From the sequence record OL631479.1: a DNA stretch of 64,000 nt, one strand, 5' to 3'. Numbering within the stretch: the first letter of the stretch is position 1; each line of letters starts with the position of its first letter. The notes beneath the pieces are model-generated. The model did not search any database, was not told the DNA's origin, and saw only the letters and a list, made by a program, of their open reading frames with translations. The position numbers and the translations under genes are program-made. Source of the DNA: Escherichia phage ECML-10. Below, piece by piece: positions 27,768 through 37,389 of this stretch.

Positions 27768-28114
27768 CACAAGAACGTATCGATTTGGCTAATAAGTTTG
27801 TAGATCTCATTTTGCCACGGTTAGTTACTCAACATGCAGACGCTATTTCTACTAATCTTGATGGCTTACGTCTAATGCTAAATCGCACAGATGACCCTCG
27901 TATTCGGGCTGATTTAGAAGCCTCTGCCAACAAACTGGAAAAGTTCTTGCAAGTAGATACGCAAGAAGCCTTACACAAGATTATGGTGGAAGGTTTCTCT
28001 AAAGAATTTACCATTAAAGAGCTTAAGGAGCTGATCCACCAAGAAGAGATGAATATCCGAGTTCAGGCTGTTGCAAGCAGCATGGAGGCGGCTATTGAAA
28101 AACTGTTGCAGTAA
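27764..28114 (+). CDS. hypothetical protein (116 aa)
   Basis: ORF track; GTG start overlapping upstream stop. Confidence 0.5.
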   Translation: MTQERIDLANKFVDLILPRLVTQHADAISTNLDGLRLMLNRTDDPRIRADLEASANKLEKFLQVDTQEALHKIMVEGFSKEFTIKELKELIHQEEMNIRVQAVASSMEAAIEKLLQ

Positions 28115-28152
28115 AAGTACTTGGCACATCTCAATCTGAAAGGAGTCCCAAC

Positions 28153-28941
28153 ATGGGTCGAGCTAAAGAAACAAAACGCATGCGTGATGAAGCTAGAGAG
28201 GCTCGCAAATCTGATCGCCTGCGTAAGGCTGCTGAGAAATTTGCTGACGAACGAGAGCACACCGCTCCAGCTCTCCGACCAATGAATAAAAAGCAGCAAA
28301 AGTATCTTGATTATCTAGGGTCACGTAAGATTATTATTGTAAACGGTGTGTTTGGATCCGGTAAGACATTCATGGCATCTGCATATGCAGGTGATCTTCT
28401 GCGTAAGAATGAGATTGATAAGATCATTGTTGCACGTCCTTATGTACAGACCGGAAAATCAAGCGGATACAAACCGGGAACGTCAATGCAGAAGCTTTGG
28501 CCTTACCTTCGTAGTATGATGGACACGATTTGTCGTCGTGTTGGCAAAGGTGCTTTTGCCGCAATGCTGGGAGACGGTCAGAACAGCCGTATCGAGATTT
28601 GTGAAGTTGAAAGCATTCGTGGTCGTAGTTTCGATGAGCGATGCTTTGTCCTGATTGACGAGGCACAGCAAACTAACCCTGAAGAAATGTTGTCAATTAT
28701 CACAAGGATCTCTGATCAGGCCACCCTTGTAATTATGGGCGATAATAGCCAACGTGACATCCCTGGTAAATCTGGCCTTGCATGGGTGACGGATTTCTTT
28801 ACTCGTCATCCAGATCCTGAGGTTGGAATGATCAGCTTTGATAGTCCAGACGATGTCGTTCGTTCCGGGTTGGGTCGTCAGATTGCACTCAATCTTATTG
28901 AGGATCGTGCAAATCATATTTGGACCCCTGTTTCCGAGTAA
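28153..28941 (+). CDS. phoH: PhoH-like ATPase
   Basis: P-loop GVFGSGKTFMA; 262 aa; SD AAAGGAG. Confidence 0.8.
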   Translation: MGRAKETKRMRDEAREARKSDRLRKAAEKFADEREHTAPALRPMNKKQQKYLDYLGSRKIIIVNGVFGSGKTFMASAYAGDLLRKNEIDKIIVARPYVQTGKSSGYKPGTSMQKLWPYLRSMMDTICRRVGKGAFAAMLGDGQNSRIEICEVESIRGRSFDERCFVLIDEAQQTNPEEMLSIITRISDQATLVIMGDNSQRDIPGKSGLAWVTDFFTRHPDPEVGMISFDSPDDVVRSGLGRQIALNLIEDRANHIWTPVSE

Positions 28942-28985
28942 TACAGAAGGGTGGTTATTCCACCCTTAAATATCTAAAACAGTTG

Positions 28986-29014
28986 TTGACAAATAGGCAA
29001 GCTTTAGATATTAT
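28986..29014 (+). promoter_or_regulatory. sigma70-type promoter (TTGACA-17-TATTAT)
   Basis: -35 at 28986-28991, -10 at 29009-29014. Confidence 0.5.
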
Positions 29015-29042
29015 TATCGGACAAAACAAGGAGAAGGACAGT

Positions 29043-29354
29043 ATGGCCACAATACAAGAGAAACTGAATAAAATATACTGCCTGTTTGTCTATAACGGCG
29101 AGACAATTTTGGCATATAAAGGATCCAAGAATGTATGGATCAAGGACAGTGGTGGTAATATAATCAATTTAGCGTTGCTACGTGAGCGCCGACACAGATT
29201 CTTTATCGAGTCTAGAATTATTGAAAGTAGTACCTGCTACAGAACAGGCGATAAAGTAATTGTTGACAATGATACGTGGTATGTGGTAGACTGGCAATCA
29301 TTGAGCTGTGATGCTTCTGACAATCGTAAGTACTCTATAGTGATTGCTAAATAA
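29043..29354 (+). CDS. hypothetical protein
   Basis: Track start 28920 is upstream of the promoter; moved to ATG 29043 (SD AAGGAGAAGGA). Confidence 0.5.
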   Translation: MATIQEKLNKIYCLFVYNGETILAYKGSKNVWIKDSGGNIINLALLRERRHRFFIESRIIESSTCYRTGDKVIVDNDTWYVVDWQSLSCDASDNRKYSIVIAK

Positions 29355-29414
29355 AGGTAAATGTGAATCAGGTTTAAATAAATAGCTTTCAACTTCCAAT
29401 ATTAAGGATTTCTC

Positions 29415-30464
29415 ATGAATTTAACACCTCGCAGCACCATGGTACACGGCATGAAAGAAAAACAGAACGGTTTCGAACCTATGAGTAATAAAATGTTCGG
29501 TATGCCGGGTGGTATTATGGAAACATACAGCTACCCAACACCAGTTGTTGACCACGTTCTTTATATCGACGATTTGGAAGACTTACAAGATCATATGTCT
29601 CGTCTGCAGACGATCCGTATGGCTCAGCCGGAAGAAAGCATTCGGGTGATCATCAATAGCCCTGGGGGTTGCGTGCACATTGCAATGGCTTATCTGCAGG
29701 CATTCCGCGAGTCTCAGGCAAGCGTTGTTGCACATGCTGAAGGGATGTGTTGCTCTGCTGGAACAATCTTATGGCTTGGTTGCAAAGAACGTACTGTGGC
29801 TCCGGACACAGAATTTATGTTCCACTACTATCAAGGTGGCACTTATGGTAACGGTGTGAACATGAATACTCAGGTCAGCTACTGGAAAAAACGTTTTGAA
29901 CGCCTGATCGAAAAATACTACGGTGAGGTGCTGACAGAAGATGAGATCGCATCCATCACAGCTGGTGGCGAAGTGTGGTTGGACGGAGAAGAGCTGGCAG
30001 CACGCACTGGAGCTATTATTCTGGATGAAGGCAACATACAACGCATCCAGAACGGACAAAAACCGAAAAAGCTTCTGGCAAAAGGTGATGAGGAAGGCGT
30101 GTTAGGTGAAGCAGGTCTTCCGGAGATTCACCAGTGCACATCTTTAGATGAGTTAGTTCATGCTGTTGAATCTGCAAAAGAGGGTGGTTCGAAAGGTGAT
30201 GTTCACACTGTGTTCCTGAATCTGCAGATGGAAAGTGGCGAGACCGTCCGAATTGCCCTGGGTGAGATTACTTCAGAAGATCTGCAGAGATTCTCTGTCG
30301 TTGAACTTCAGGATATTCTGTCTCAATTGAAGACCACTCTGAACGGCGGTGAAGAGGTTAAGGTGAAAGATAAGACTCGCAAGCGTCTTGTGGACAATAT
30401 TATTAAAACAGCAAAAGAGCTCAATGAAAAAATCCTGGGTGCAGGAATTGTCGAAGAAGCTTAA
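29415..30464 (+). CDS. ClpP-like serine protease
   Basis: VINSPGG, GMCCSAG (Ser) and FMFHYYQGG (His) resemble ClpP catalytic motifs. Confidence 0.6.
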   Translation: MNLTPRSTMVHGMKEKQNGFEPMSNKMFGMPGGIMETYSYPTPVVDHVLYIDDLEDLQDHMSRLQTIRMAQPEESIRVIINSPGGCVHIAMAYLQAFRESQASVVAHAEGMCCSAGTILWLGCKERTVAPDTEFMFHYYQGGTYGNGVNMNTQVSYWKKRFERLIEKYYGEVLTEDEIASITAGGEVWLDGEELAARTGAIILDEGNIQRIQNGQKPKKLLAKGDEEGVLGEAGLPEIHQCTSLDELVHAVESAKEGGSKGDVHTVFLNLQMESGETVRIALGEITSEDLQRFSVVELQDILSQLKTTLNGGEEVKVKDKTRKRLVDNIIKTAKELNEKILGAGIVEEA

Positions 30465-30476
30465 ACATTAATTCTA

Positions 30477-30499
30477 AAGCCCTCTTCGGAGGGCTTTTA
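30477..30499 (+). terminator. rho-independent terminator
   Basis: AGCCCTC-TTCG-GAGGGCT followed by TTTTAT. Confidence 0.65.
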
Positions 30500-30515
30500 T
30501 GATCTGGAGATTTGC

Positions 30516-31049
30516 ATGACTTGTGCTAGAAAACCTGATGAACAACGTAACGCATACGATGAGTATGTGACACCGGAGTGGTGTGCAGAAGGGCTGTATG
30601 ACCTCATTCCGTTCCCAGAAGATTGGACCTATTTGGAGCCTTGCAGAAATAGCGCCTCAGGCGTGTTCTACTCCCGTATGCCGTTAGGATCTGCATGGGG
30701 AGAAATCCAAGAAGGTGTTGACTATCTGAATACAGAATACAACCATGTTGACTGTATTATCACCAACCCACCGTACAGCTTGGCTCGTGAGTTTGTAGAC
30801 AAGGCGTTGAAAGATGCTGACGTAGTTATTATGCTTTTGCGTCTTAATTTTCTGGAAAGCAAAGCCAGATTTGAATGGTGGCTTGATAATGCACCTACCA
30901 CTGTGATCACAATATCTAAGCGTCCATCATTCCAATCGAATGGCAGAACTGACGGGCAAGCATATGCATATTTTGTATGGGACAAGAAAAACCGTCTAGA
31001 CTTGCCGCCATTTATGTGGTTGGCACCACCAGAGGCAGATTTGAAATGA
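30516..31049 (+). CDS. DNA N6-adenine methyltransferase (phage Dam-like)
   Basis: CIITNPPYSLAREF motif IV (NPPY). Confidence 0.7.
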   Translation: MTCARKPDEQRNAYDEYVTPEWCAEGLYDLIPFPEDWTYLEPCRNSASGVFYSRMPLGSAWGEIQEGVDYLNTEYNHVDCIITNPPYSLAREFVDKALKDADVVIMLLRLNFLESKARFEWWLDNAPTTVITISKRPSFQSNGRTDGQAYAYFVWDKKNRLDLPPFMWLAPPEADLK

Positions 31050-31330
31050 AAATGAGTGCTAAGGACAAGTTGCACCAGTTAGCGCTAAAACGTCCTGTAA
31101 CGCTCCCTGACGAGCTTAACTCCATTTATGATGCGATTGTAGGGGAGATACAAAATAAAGCGTTAGCAGGCTTTCTGGGATGCGGATTTTCGATAAATCT
31201 ACCCTCACATCTCTCAGATTACTTCCCGCATATTGTTGGGGATTTGAGGGCAGGAGGTCTGCAGGTAGATGTTGTTGGCATCTCTCCAGAGAAAAATAAC
31301 ACGGTTGCCTACTTGACAGTAACCTGGTAG
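31046..31330 (+). CDS. hypothetical protein
   Basis: ATGA overlap with upstream gene; start moved to ATG 31046. Confidence 0.5.
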   Translation: MKMSAKDKLHQLALKRPVTLPDELNSIYDAIVGEIQNKALAGFLGCGFSINLPSHLSDYFPHIVGDLRAGGLQVDVVGISPEKNNTVAYLTVTW

Positions 31331-31364
31331 TTGTGTATTGTTGTTATCAACAAGGGGGTCATTT

Positions 31365-31604
31365 ATGTACAAGTCATTTTCAATTTACTCAAGACAGGCG
31401 AAACACTACACAGAGATCCTGATTACTCAGAAAAAATCTGTAGAGGGTGAGTGGGAGTATCACCATAAAATGTTGCGTCCAGCTTGGGTTTTTGATAGAC
31501 TTATTGCTATGATCCCTCTTGGAGAAGTATACCCTCTGACAGGTCATAGGGATGCTTGGGATTTAATTGATTACATAGATTCATTTAAGGAGCCCAGTGT
31601 ATGA
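31365..31604 (+). CDS. hypothetical protein
   Basis: Start moved to ATG 31365 (SD AAGGGGG). Confidence 0.45.
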   Translation: MYKSFSIYSRQAKHYTEILITQKKSVEGEWEYHHKMLRPAWVFDRLIAMIPLGEVYPLTGHRDAWDLIDYIDSFKEPSV

Positions 31605-31999
31605 AGATTGAGATCACTAAAGAAGGTAAGAAAGTGTCTGGAGACTATGCAACAGTAATTCGAGATTTAATGTTTGAAACCACCAAGTTCGGCACATCTA
31701 AAGTTGGTCAAACGGTGAGTGTGCAAGGTAATATCACCTCAGGAGAGAAGATAATCATCGTGATCAAAGGACAAGATCCTGTGGAAGGAACAGTGGGCCG
31801 AGGAGGCTACCTGTGCATTTCTGAAGAACCGCGCATGCTGGTTGCTGATGACTCCACAGGTAAAAAGCGGGTATGTAACACTGACGAGGTGATGATTATC
31901 TATCCAGTCAACCCAGATGATCCTGCAACATGGATTGTGGGGAATGAAATCTTCTCTTTAGAAGAGTTATCCTTCCCAGCTCCGCGCTCTGTTCAGTAA
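31601..31999 (+). CDS. hypothetical protein (starts MKIEIT)
   Basis: ORF track; ATGA overlap. Confidence 0.5.
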   Translation: MKIEITKEGKKVSGDYATVIRDLMFETTKFGTSKVGQTVSVQGNITSGEKIIIVIKGQDPVEGTVGRGGYLCISEEPRMLVADDSTGKKRVCNTDEVMIIYPVNPDDPATWIVGNEIFSLEELSFPAPRSVQ

Positions 32000-32038
32000 T
32001 AATTTATCTTACCAGGGACGGTAGAAGTAGGAGGTAGC

Positions 32039-32272
32039 ATGAAAGTTAAATTTCTTACAGATTTAGGGTACCCTTCCTTGGTTGACTGCGTTGGTAAAAT
32101 TGTGGAAGCAAAACGACTATCTGCAAACGATAATGTTGTCATGGTTAAGGGAAAAGATTTACTATCTGCAGGTGCAGAGTCTGGCAGGATCTCTCCTGAC
32201 TATACGTATTACCTGTCTTTAAGTAATCTACCAGAACGAGGCGGCAAAGGCCTTGAAGTTGTGGAGGAGTGA
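32039..32272 (+). CDS. small acidic protein, MK(V/I)K family member
   Basis: SD GGAGG; MKVKFL start, C-terminal LEVVEE shared with paralogs. Confidence 0.5.
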   Translation: MKVKFLTDLGYPSLVDCVGKIVEAKRLSANDNVVMVKGKDLLSAGAESGRISPDYTYYLSLSNLPERGGKGLEVVEE

Positions 32273-32796
32273 CAGGTATGCTACTGGTTGATTGGAAAGA
32301 TTTTTATGGCGATAAAGACCCGAAAGCATTTATATATAAGCCTTGGAGATACTCAGAGAGTCAAATTGCTGCAATAAACCTTACAGCAAAGCGCCGAAAA
32401 ATTATTGAAAGTAAATATAGATACGCCCAGCTAGTGGCTGGTGTTTCTCCACAGGTAGAGGGTTTTGTACTTAAACTGTACGAAAAGTTTATGAATTACG
32501 ATTTGTCATTCGTGAAGGTGGGCGAGGATTTATCCCCTGGTAACAACGTAACCCGTTGGAAAGTTTCGTGTGACAAAAAACTCCCGATCAGTATTGAGGT
32601 GTGTCGATACTGGGGGTATCATGATTGTGGATTGTATGACTACCATGATGTGGAAATAAAGCCACGCAATCATCTAAGCGACCCAGAAAAAGATTACTTG
32701 AAGCATGTGATTCTTTCCATGTTTGGAGGGTATATCACAGAGAAAAATAGCGAAGACAGAGTATCCTTTCTTAACAGTTTGAACCAGGAGATGTAA
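32269..32796 (+). CDS. hypothetical protein (175 aa)
   Basis: ORF track; SD GGAGGAG. Confidence 0.55.
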   Translation: MTGMLLVDWKDFYGDKDPKAFIYKPWRYSESQIAAINLTAKRRKIIESKYRYAQLVAGVSPQVEGFVLKLYEKFMNYDLSFVKVGEDLSPGNNVTRWKVSCDKKLPISIEVCRYWGYHDCGLYDYHDVEIKPRNHLSDPEKDYLKHVILSMFGGYITEKNSEDRVSFLNSLNQEM

Positions 32797-32797
32797 T

Positions 32798-33034
32798 ATG
32801 GCCATAGATACTGTGTTGGTTTGGTATTGCGCATTGACCTTTCTGACAATGGTTGTTTTAGCAACTCTTTGCATCATATCTTGTAGAAAAATTAAGTTTG
32901 ACGACTTTATAACTATAATCACTGCCGCACCTTTTTGGCCTGTCGTTCTCTTCATTGTTGTTATGTGCTTGGTAGATCACTGTAAAACCGTCAGAAAAAT
33001 GAAGGAGGCAGATAAGAATGGTAACAGTGACTGA
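32798..33034 (+). CDS. small membrane protein (2 predicted TM segments)
   Basis: Hydrophobic stretches VLVWYCALTFLTMVVLATLCIIS and ITAAPFWPVVLFIVVMCLV. Confidence 0.5.
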   Translation: MAIDTVLVWYCALTFLTMVVLATLCIISCRKIKFDDFITIITAAPFWPVVLFIVVMCLVDHCKTVRKMKEADKNGNSD

Positions 33035-33254
33035 AACTGTTTATACTGTTCTTAGGGAGATTGCATTCTATACAGACCTTAGTTCAGTATCTTCATGGGA
33101 AAAGAGTGTGTATTTAAAATGGTGCGTGAAATTAGAGGTGACCTTCTAATGTTTCAAGCCATGTTTATTGAAATGCTCTCCGGAGTATTACTGCTGGTAG
33201 CCATTTTGGGTGGTGCGGCACTAATGTATAATTATCTTGAAAAAGGGGACAGTA

Positions 33255-33440
33255 ATGACAAAAAATAAATCCTTAGAACAGGCTGAAAACCTTCTCCACG
33301 AGCTGGTAAAGGAGTGGAAAGTTGAATACTCAGATTTTAATGCAAGAGAGGGGGAAGATTATTGGCCTACGGAGCGCTCAGAGGGAGAGTGGTATCAAGA
33401 TTTCATAGAATGGTTATATCAGACGTGTGATGAGGGGTGA
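33255..33440 (+). CDS. hypothetical acidic protein
   Basis: Start moved to ATG 33255 (SD AAGGGGA); a 39-aa hydrophobic ORF at 33149-33268 overlaps in another frame. Confidence 0.4.
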   Translation: MTKNKSLEQAENLLHELVKEWKVEYSDFNAREGEDYWPTERSEGEWYQDFIEWLYQTCDEG

Positions 33441-33898
33441 CGATGTTTGTTAAATATGTAAAAACGTGCCTCAACAACCTTGGTAGAGAGCATTGGTACA
33501 CCTTGCTTGAAAAAGGAGAAATTTTAACAAAATCTGGAAAGATAACTTTGATACCCTTGGATGATAAAGACCCGTCACTACTTGTCATAGATGATTACGT
33601 TACAGGTGTGTCGTACGAGGTCTCTGTGGAGAGGTTAATACGCAGATCTGGAGGGCCTTATGACCGAAGAGAGTATGTTTTCGATTCTGTTACAGAGAAG
33701 GAGGATCCGTCTCTAATGTTTAGGATGGTAATCAGGGATATGAAATCATCTATAAATAGGATCGTAAAGGACATTAAAGAGCCTTTTAGGGTAAAAGTTA
33801 AGAAGTTTTTTGATTCTAAGATTAACATACTCGCCGTTGTGCTAGGCGTAATTCAACTTCTGTTAATTTTGCACTATCTTGAACTGTTGTTCAAGTAG
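33437..33898 (+). CDS. hypothetical protein with C-terminal TM helix
   Basis: ORF track; ILAVVLGVIQLLLILHYLELL. Confidence 0.5.
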   Translation: MTMFVKYVKTCLNNLGREHWYTLLEKGEILTKSGKITLIPLDDKDPSLLVIDDYVTGVSYEVSVERLIRRSGGPYDRREYVFDSVTEKEDPSLMFRMVIRDMKSSINRIVKDIKEPFRVKVKKFFDSKINILAVVLGVIQLLLILHYLELLFK

Positions 33899-33958
33899 TG
33901 TGCAACAAGGCACAAAGGATGTGCCATGATTAAATAAACTAAGAAAGAGGTAGAGAGA

Positions 33959-34306
33959 ATGCCAAAGATTAAGTCGGTATTAATGTGGGCAGCTGTTGTA
34001 GCTTTTGTAGGATACTGGACTTGGGAAACTGAATTAAAAGATATCGGATATACCAGTCTTGAGAGCAAGGCATGCATTGGCATAACCGATGCATTCAGGC
34101 AAAATGCTATGGATCACGAATGTGTTGATGCAGATATAGATGAGAAACTGTCTAAGGACAAGGATTTTTACCATGGTCATGCCTTGCTTGATAGTGGTGA
34201 CACTGTGGAATTCTGGTCGTGGTTCCGTGAAGATGGAACAATAAAGACAGCAGTAAAGATTTCCAACAAAGAGTTAATGCTGTTGCAGCAGAAGGAGGTG
34301 CAATGA
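33959..34306 (+). CDS. membrane-anchored protein (N-terminal TM)
   Basis: SD AAGAGG; VLMWAAVVAFVGYWTW. Confidence 0.5.
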   Translation: MPKIKSVLMWAAVVAFVGYWTWETELKDIGYTSLESKACIGITDAFRQNAMDHECVDADIDEKLSKDKDFYHGHALLDSGDTVEFWSWFREDGTIKTAVKISNKELMLLQQKEVQ

Positions 34307-34590
34307 TTTGGATATCCTACACTGATGGCACCATGCTGTATACCGCAGGTACTAGGTATGAAGTTCAGGAGGACGATAAAAAATTTATCGTAAAAACATT
34401 TGACAAGGACGACAACCTTTTGCTAGAATTGACTTACAAGGTTGGAGAGGTATCCGATATCCAATTGGATTGTGGTCATAAAGATAATCCACTCAAAAAA
34501 CCTGGAATAGGCAAGGCTTCAGAAGAACGTTTGTCTCGTATTGCAGAAAGCGTTTCTCCCCAAAAATCTAAGAAGAGGAGTAGAAAATGA
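34303..34590 (+). CDS. hypothetical protein
   Basis: ORF track; ATGA overlap. Confidence 0.45.
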   Translation: MIWISYTDGTMLYTAGTRYEVQEDDKKFIVKTFDKDDNLLLELTYKVGEVSDIQLDCGHKDNPLKKPGIGKASEERLSRIAESVSPQKSKKRSRK

Positions 34591-34787
34591 GTGACAAAAT
34601 TCTTAAATTTAATACCTACTATGAGAATGATTTGAACGATCTGTATTATATAGTGCGTAGCGAAAACCCGAATGTAGTACTGTTTTGCCGAGAACCTTTC
34701 AAAGGAGAGGAGATTGAATCTACCATGAATGTGGATCAGATTTCACACCTGCTGCTCCTTGGATCATTAAAAGAGGCAGTATTCTAA
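34587..34787 (+). CDS. hypothetical protein
   Basis: ORF track; ATGA overlap. Confidence 0.45.
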   Translation: MSDKILKFNTYYENDLNDLYYIVRSENPNVVLFCREPFKGEEIESTMNVDQISHLLLLGSLKEAVF

Positions 34788-34806
34788 ACCAGGATGGAGG
34801 GTTTTT

Positions 34807-34992
34807 ATGAAGCACTATTGTCTGTCTGGCAGAATGGGTGCAGATTGTGATTGGGTTTTCTTAAAACTTGTCAGTATTCGAGAGTTCATTCCAGAGGAAG
34901 AGCAAGAAAGTGAGCTGATGTCATGGATCAACCATTACGGTAACACTTTTCGGCATGTTAAGGTGGAAGAGTTGCCAAGCGAGGCTGATTGA
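34807..34992 (+). CDS. hypothetical protein
   Basis: ORF track; SD GGAGGG. Confidence 0.4.
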   Translation: MKHYCLSGRMGADCDWVFLKLVSIREFIPEEEQESELMSWINHYGNTFRHVKVEELPSEAD

Positions 34993-35087
34993 CTATGATT
35001 GCATCAATATTAACGTTTATGGGTGGCGTGGCATTCGGATTCATTGTTTGCCTGTTTATAGTGATTATGTCTATGCGAGGCTGAATT

Positions 35088-35381
35088 ATGAAACTTTTTG
35101 AGTGGTTTAAAAAGTTTAAATATAAAGCTGTAGCCATCGTGCCGTGGTCCATTCAGTGGGTGGACGATGAGGGATTACCAATTCCAGGTGATAAAGACAC
35201 GGGATACTGGATCATGCTTGAGAACGGGTTCGGTAAACGGAAATATTCCTGCACGGATACCTCAGGAGCATCTTTTAGGAGAATTCCTGGGTATAAATGT
35301 ATGATTGTGTGGAAGATGTCTGGTGTACCTCCGGCCAATGCACAATATCTTACTACCAATCCAACCACAGAAGAGGACTAG
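35088..35381 (+). CDS. hypothetical protein
   Basis: ORF track. Confidence 0.45.
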   Translation: MKLFEWFKKFKYKAVAIVPWSIQWVDDEGLPIPGDKDTGYWIMLENGFGKRKYSCTDTSGASFRRIPGYKCMIVWKMSGVPPANAQYLTTNPTTEED

Positions 35382-35383
35382 TA

Positions 35384-35665
35384 ATGAAAAAGATTTGCGA
35401 TACAGATGTGGAGTTCAAGGTGTGTAGTAAGGAGACCTATTGGGAAGTGAGACAAAAGGTATATTTGTTTGGACTTATCCCATATTGGTCCAAATTCTAC
35501 TGGGGAGCAGATGAATTAGGGAGATATGCCACCAAAGCTATGGCGCTTATAGGTATAGCTGAATATATTGCTGCTAGGGACAGGGCTGGAAAAACCTGCT
35601 ACTACACTGCTGACGAGATTCGTAACAGTGTTTACGTCCCCCAACCACCTGAAGGAGACCGTTGA
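35384..35665 (+). CDS. hypothetical protein
   Basis: Start moved to ATG 35384 (track start overlapped upstream gene). Confidence 0.45.
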   Translation: MKKICDTDVEFKVCSKETYWEVRQKVYLFGLIPYWSKFYWGADELGRYATKAMALIGIAEYIAARDRAGKTCYYTADEIRNSVYVPQPPEGDR

Positions 35666-35889
35666 TGAAAGTTAAAGTTTTAGATTCAAGCTTCTATATT
35701 GGTCAGGAGCCTTTAGTGGGTAAAGTGTTTACCGCTGTCCATAACGAAGATTATCCTGACCTTTTAAAAATAAAGGGTGCAGATCTTATTGCCGCTGGTG
35801 CATCTCAGGAATGCTTTGACAGTCAGTGGACCTACAACTTTGCCCTAGGTGAGGATGTAGAGATAGTGGAGGACGATCATGAAGGTTAA
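35665..35889 (+). CDS. small acidic protein, MK(V/I)K family member
   Basis: MKVKVLDSSFYIGQ start; C-terminal EDVEIVEDDHEG. Confidence 0.5.
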   Translation: MKVKVLDSSFYIGQEPLVGKVFTAVHNEDYPDLLKIKGADLIAAGASQECFDSQWTYNFALGEDVEIVEDDHEG

Positions 35890-36133
35890 AATTCTTGATT
35901 CTAACGTCTACTTGGGGCAATCCTTCCTGAAAGGAAAGGTCGTACCTGCGGTATACTTTGAAGGGTTGCCGTGGGATGATCCTGTGCGGCAACATCACAG
36001 TTATGTAGGCCACAACGTGGTGTTTATCTTGGGATCAGACCTGATCACCGCTGGTGCACCTGAATATTATTTCGGGGAAGAGTCCTATTATGCCTTTGGG
36101 GTAGGGTCAGATGCAGATATTGTAGAGCTGTGA
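35879..36133 (+). CDS. small acidic protein, MK(V/I)K family member
   Basis: MKVKILDSNVYLGQ start, very similar to preceding gene; C-terminal GSDADIVEL. Confidence 0.5.
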   Translation: MKVKILDSNVYLGQSFLKGKVVPAVYFEGLPWDDPVRQHHSYVGHNVVFILGSDLITAGAPEYYFGEESYYAFGVGSDADIVEL

Positions 36134-36145
36134 TGGGTAACCGTT

Positions 36146-36544
36146 GTGAAAAATAAACTGTTCAAAGTTACAATGAAAATTCGCGGAGCTTGGAGCGTAA
36201 AGCAAGGGCGTATCCCAGAATTTGAGAAAGATTTCTACGTAGTCTCCACCTCGGAGGAGGCTGCATGCTGGCAGGCTGGCTATGCCTATGCAAGAACCTG
36301 GTACGAAGGATACCAGACTGGGGGCTATGACGGAGAAATTGTCAGCAAGGGTGTAGAAGAAATTAATGTGTTGACAAGTGAAAAAGTTTTTGTTATAGTG
36401 CATCCAGATTCCAGAGTGAAGCATTACTGGAATGCCAGAACAAAAACTTGGACACCGTTTGCAGACTCTGCTACACCACTTTTAAACCAAAAAGCTCTTG
36501 ACTCTGCCCCGAGCTATGGGGTTGTTGAAGAAAAGCTAAACTGA
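36146..36544 (+). CDS. hypothetical protein, paralog of 38355..38750
   Basis: Shares HP.S...YW....WTP motif block with 38355..38750. Confidence 0.5.
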   Translation: MKNKLFKVTMKIRGAWSVKQGRIPEFEKDFYVVSTSEEAACWQAGYAYARTWYEGYQTGGYDGEIVSKGVEEINVLTSEKVFVIVHPDSRVKHYWNARTKTWTPFADSATPLLNQKALDSAPSYGVVEEKLN

Positions 36545-36561
36545 AACAGTGAGGTGTCACT

Positions 36562-36852
36562 ATGATGGATTTAATTCTAAATATTGATAACGCAGAAGAA
36601 TTTAAAGACGATGGTGTAACAAGCATGGACAAACCCTGCTCTGCTAAGGTTGACTCAAAATGGACCTACAAGTTTGACGGAGAGATCTTTGCAAATGATG
36701 AGAAGGTTGTAGATGCTGCAGCCATTTTAAACGCTCTAGGGTACGACCCTGTGAATTCTTTGATCAAGGATCCTGTTGAGTTTGCAGAGTATGTTCGAAA
36801 AATGGCAGATCTTGCTGCGGATATTTTAAAAACTATAGACAACAAGCTGTAA
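36562..36852 (+). CDS. hypothetical acidic protein
   Basis: ORF track; SD GAGGTG. Confidence 0.5.
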   Translation: MMDLILNIDNAEEFKDDGVTSMDKPCSAKVDSKWTYKFDGEIFANDEKVVDAAAILNALGYDPVNSLIKDPVEFAEYVRKMADLAADILKTIDNKL

Positions 36853-36934
36853 AAACTGTTGACACAACGCTTCAGATTTAGTATCATTGTTTTCAAAGAG
36901 GGTTTGGTTCCCTCTTCTTTAAAAGGAACACGTT

Positions 36935-37252
36935 ATGCAAATTGAAATCACTGGCAACGTAGAAATCACTGAAGGTATGGTGTCTTTCATTTCCCACAAA
37001 ATGTCTAAGCTGGAGCGTTTGCACCCCTCTGCCAACTATACACGTGTGAGTGTAAAAGTTGAAAATGATCACCAGGAAGTCATGGCGTTCATTTTTGACA
37101 CTTCCGGAAAAGAAGTTATTGCCAAAGCTAAAGGCAGTGACGCTTACGAGGCAACTGACCGTATGGTAGATGTTGCAGCACGTCAGTTGGCTAAATGCGG
37201 TGGAAAGAAAGGTAAAGGGAAGGGCAAAGTAAAGATTGACTTTGGAGAATGA
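36935..37252 (+). CDS. hpf: ribosome hibernation promoting factor (HPF/RaiA/YfiA family)
   Basis: MQIEITGNVEITEG, KLERL, VSVKVEN and GKEVIAKAKGSDAYEATDRMVDVAARQLAK align with E. coli HPF/YfiA (from memory). Confidence 0.7.
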   Translation: MQIEITGNVEITEGMVSFISHKMSKLERLHPSANYTRVSVKVENDHQEVMAFIFDTSGKEVIAKAKGSDAYEATDRMVDVAARQLAKCGGKKGKGKGKVKIDFGE

Positions 37253-37389
37253 GGTGCTACAATGGGCGTGATTAAGAAATTAGTACCAAATGTAGAGATT
37301 GCATGCTTTGAAATTATGTTTGCAATCGCAGTTGTAGTTAATGTGTTAGGTTACGGCTATTAATATCAAATAATTGAGGAGACCTCTAA

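Noticed and set aside
33149-33268. 39-aa hydrophobic ORF MFQAMFIEMLSGVLLLVAILGGAALMYNYLEKGDSNDKK
   Set aside because: Overlaps the start of 33255-33440 in another frame and has no clear SD; could not decide which is expressed, so not listed as a feature
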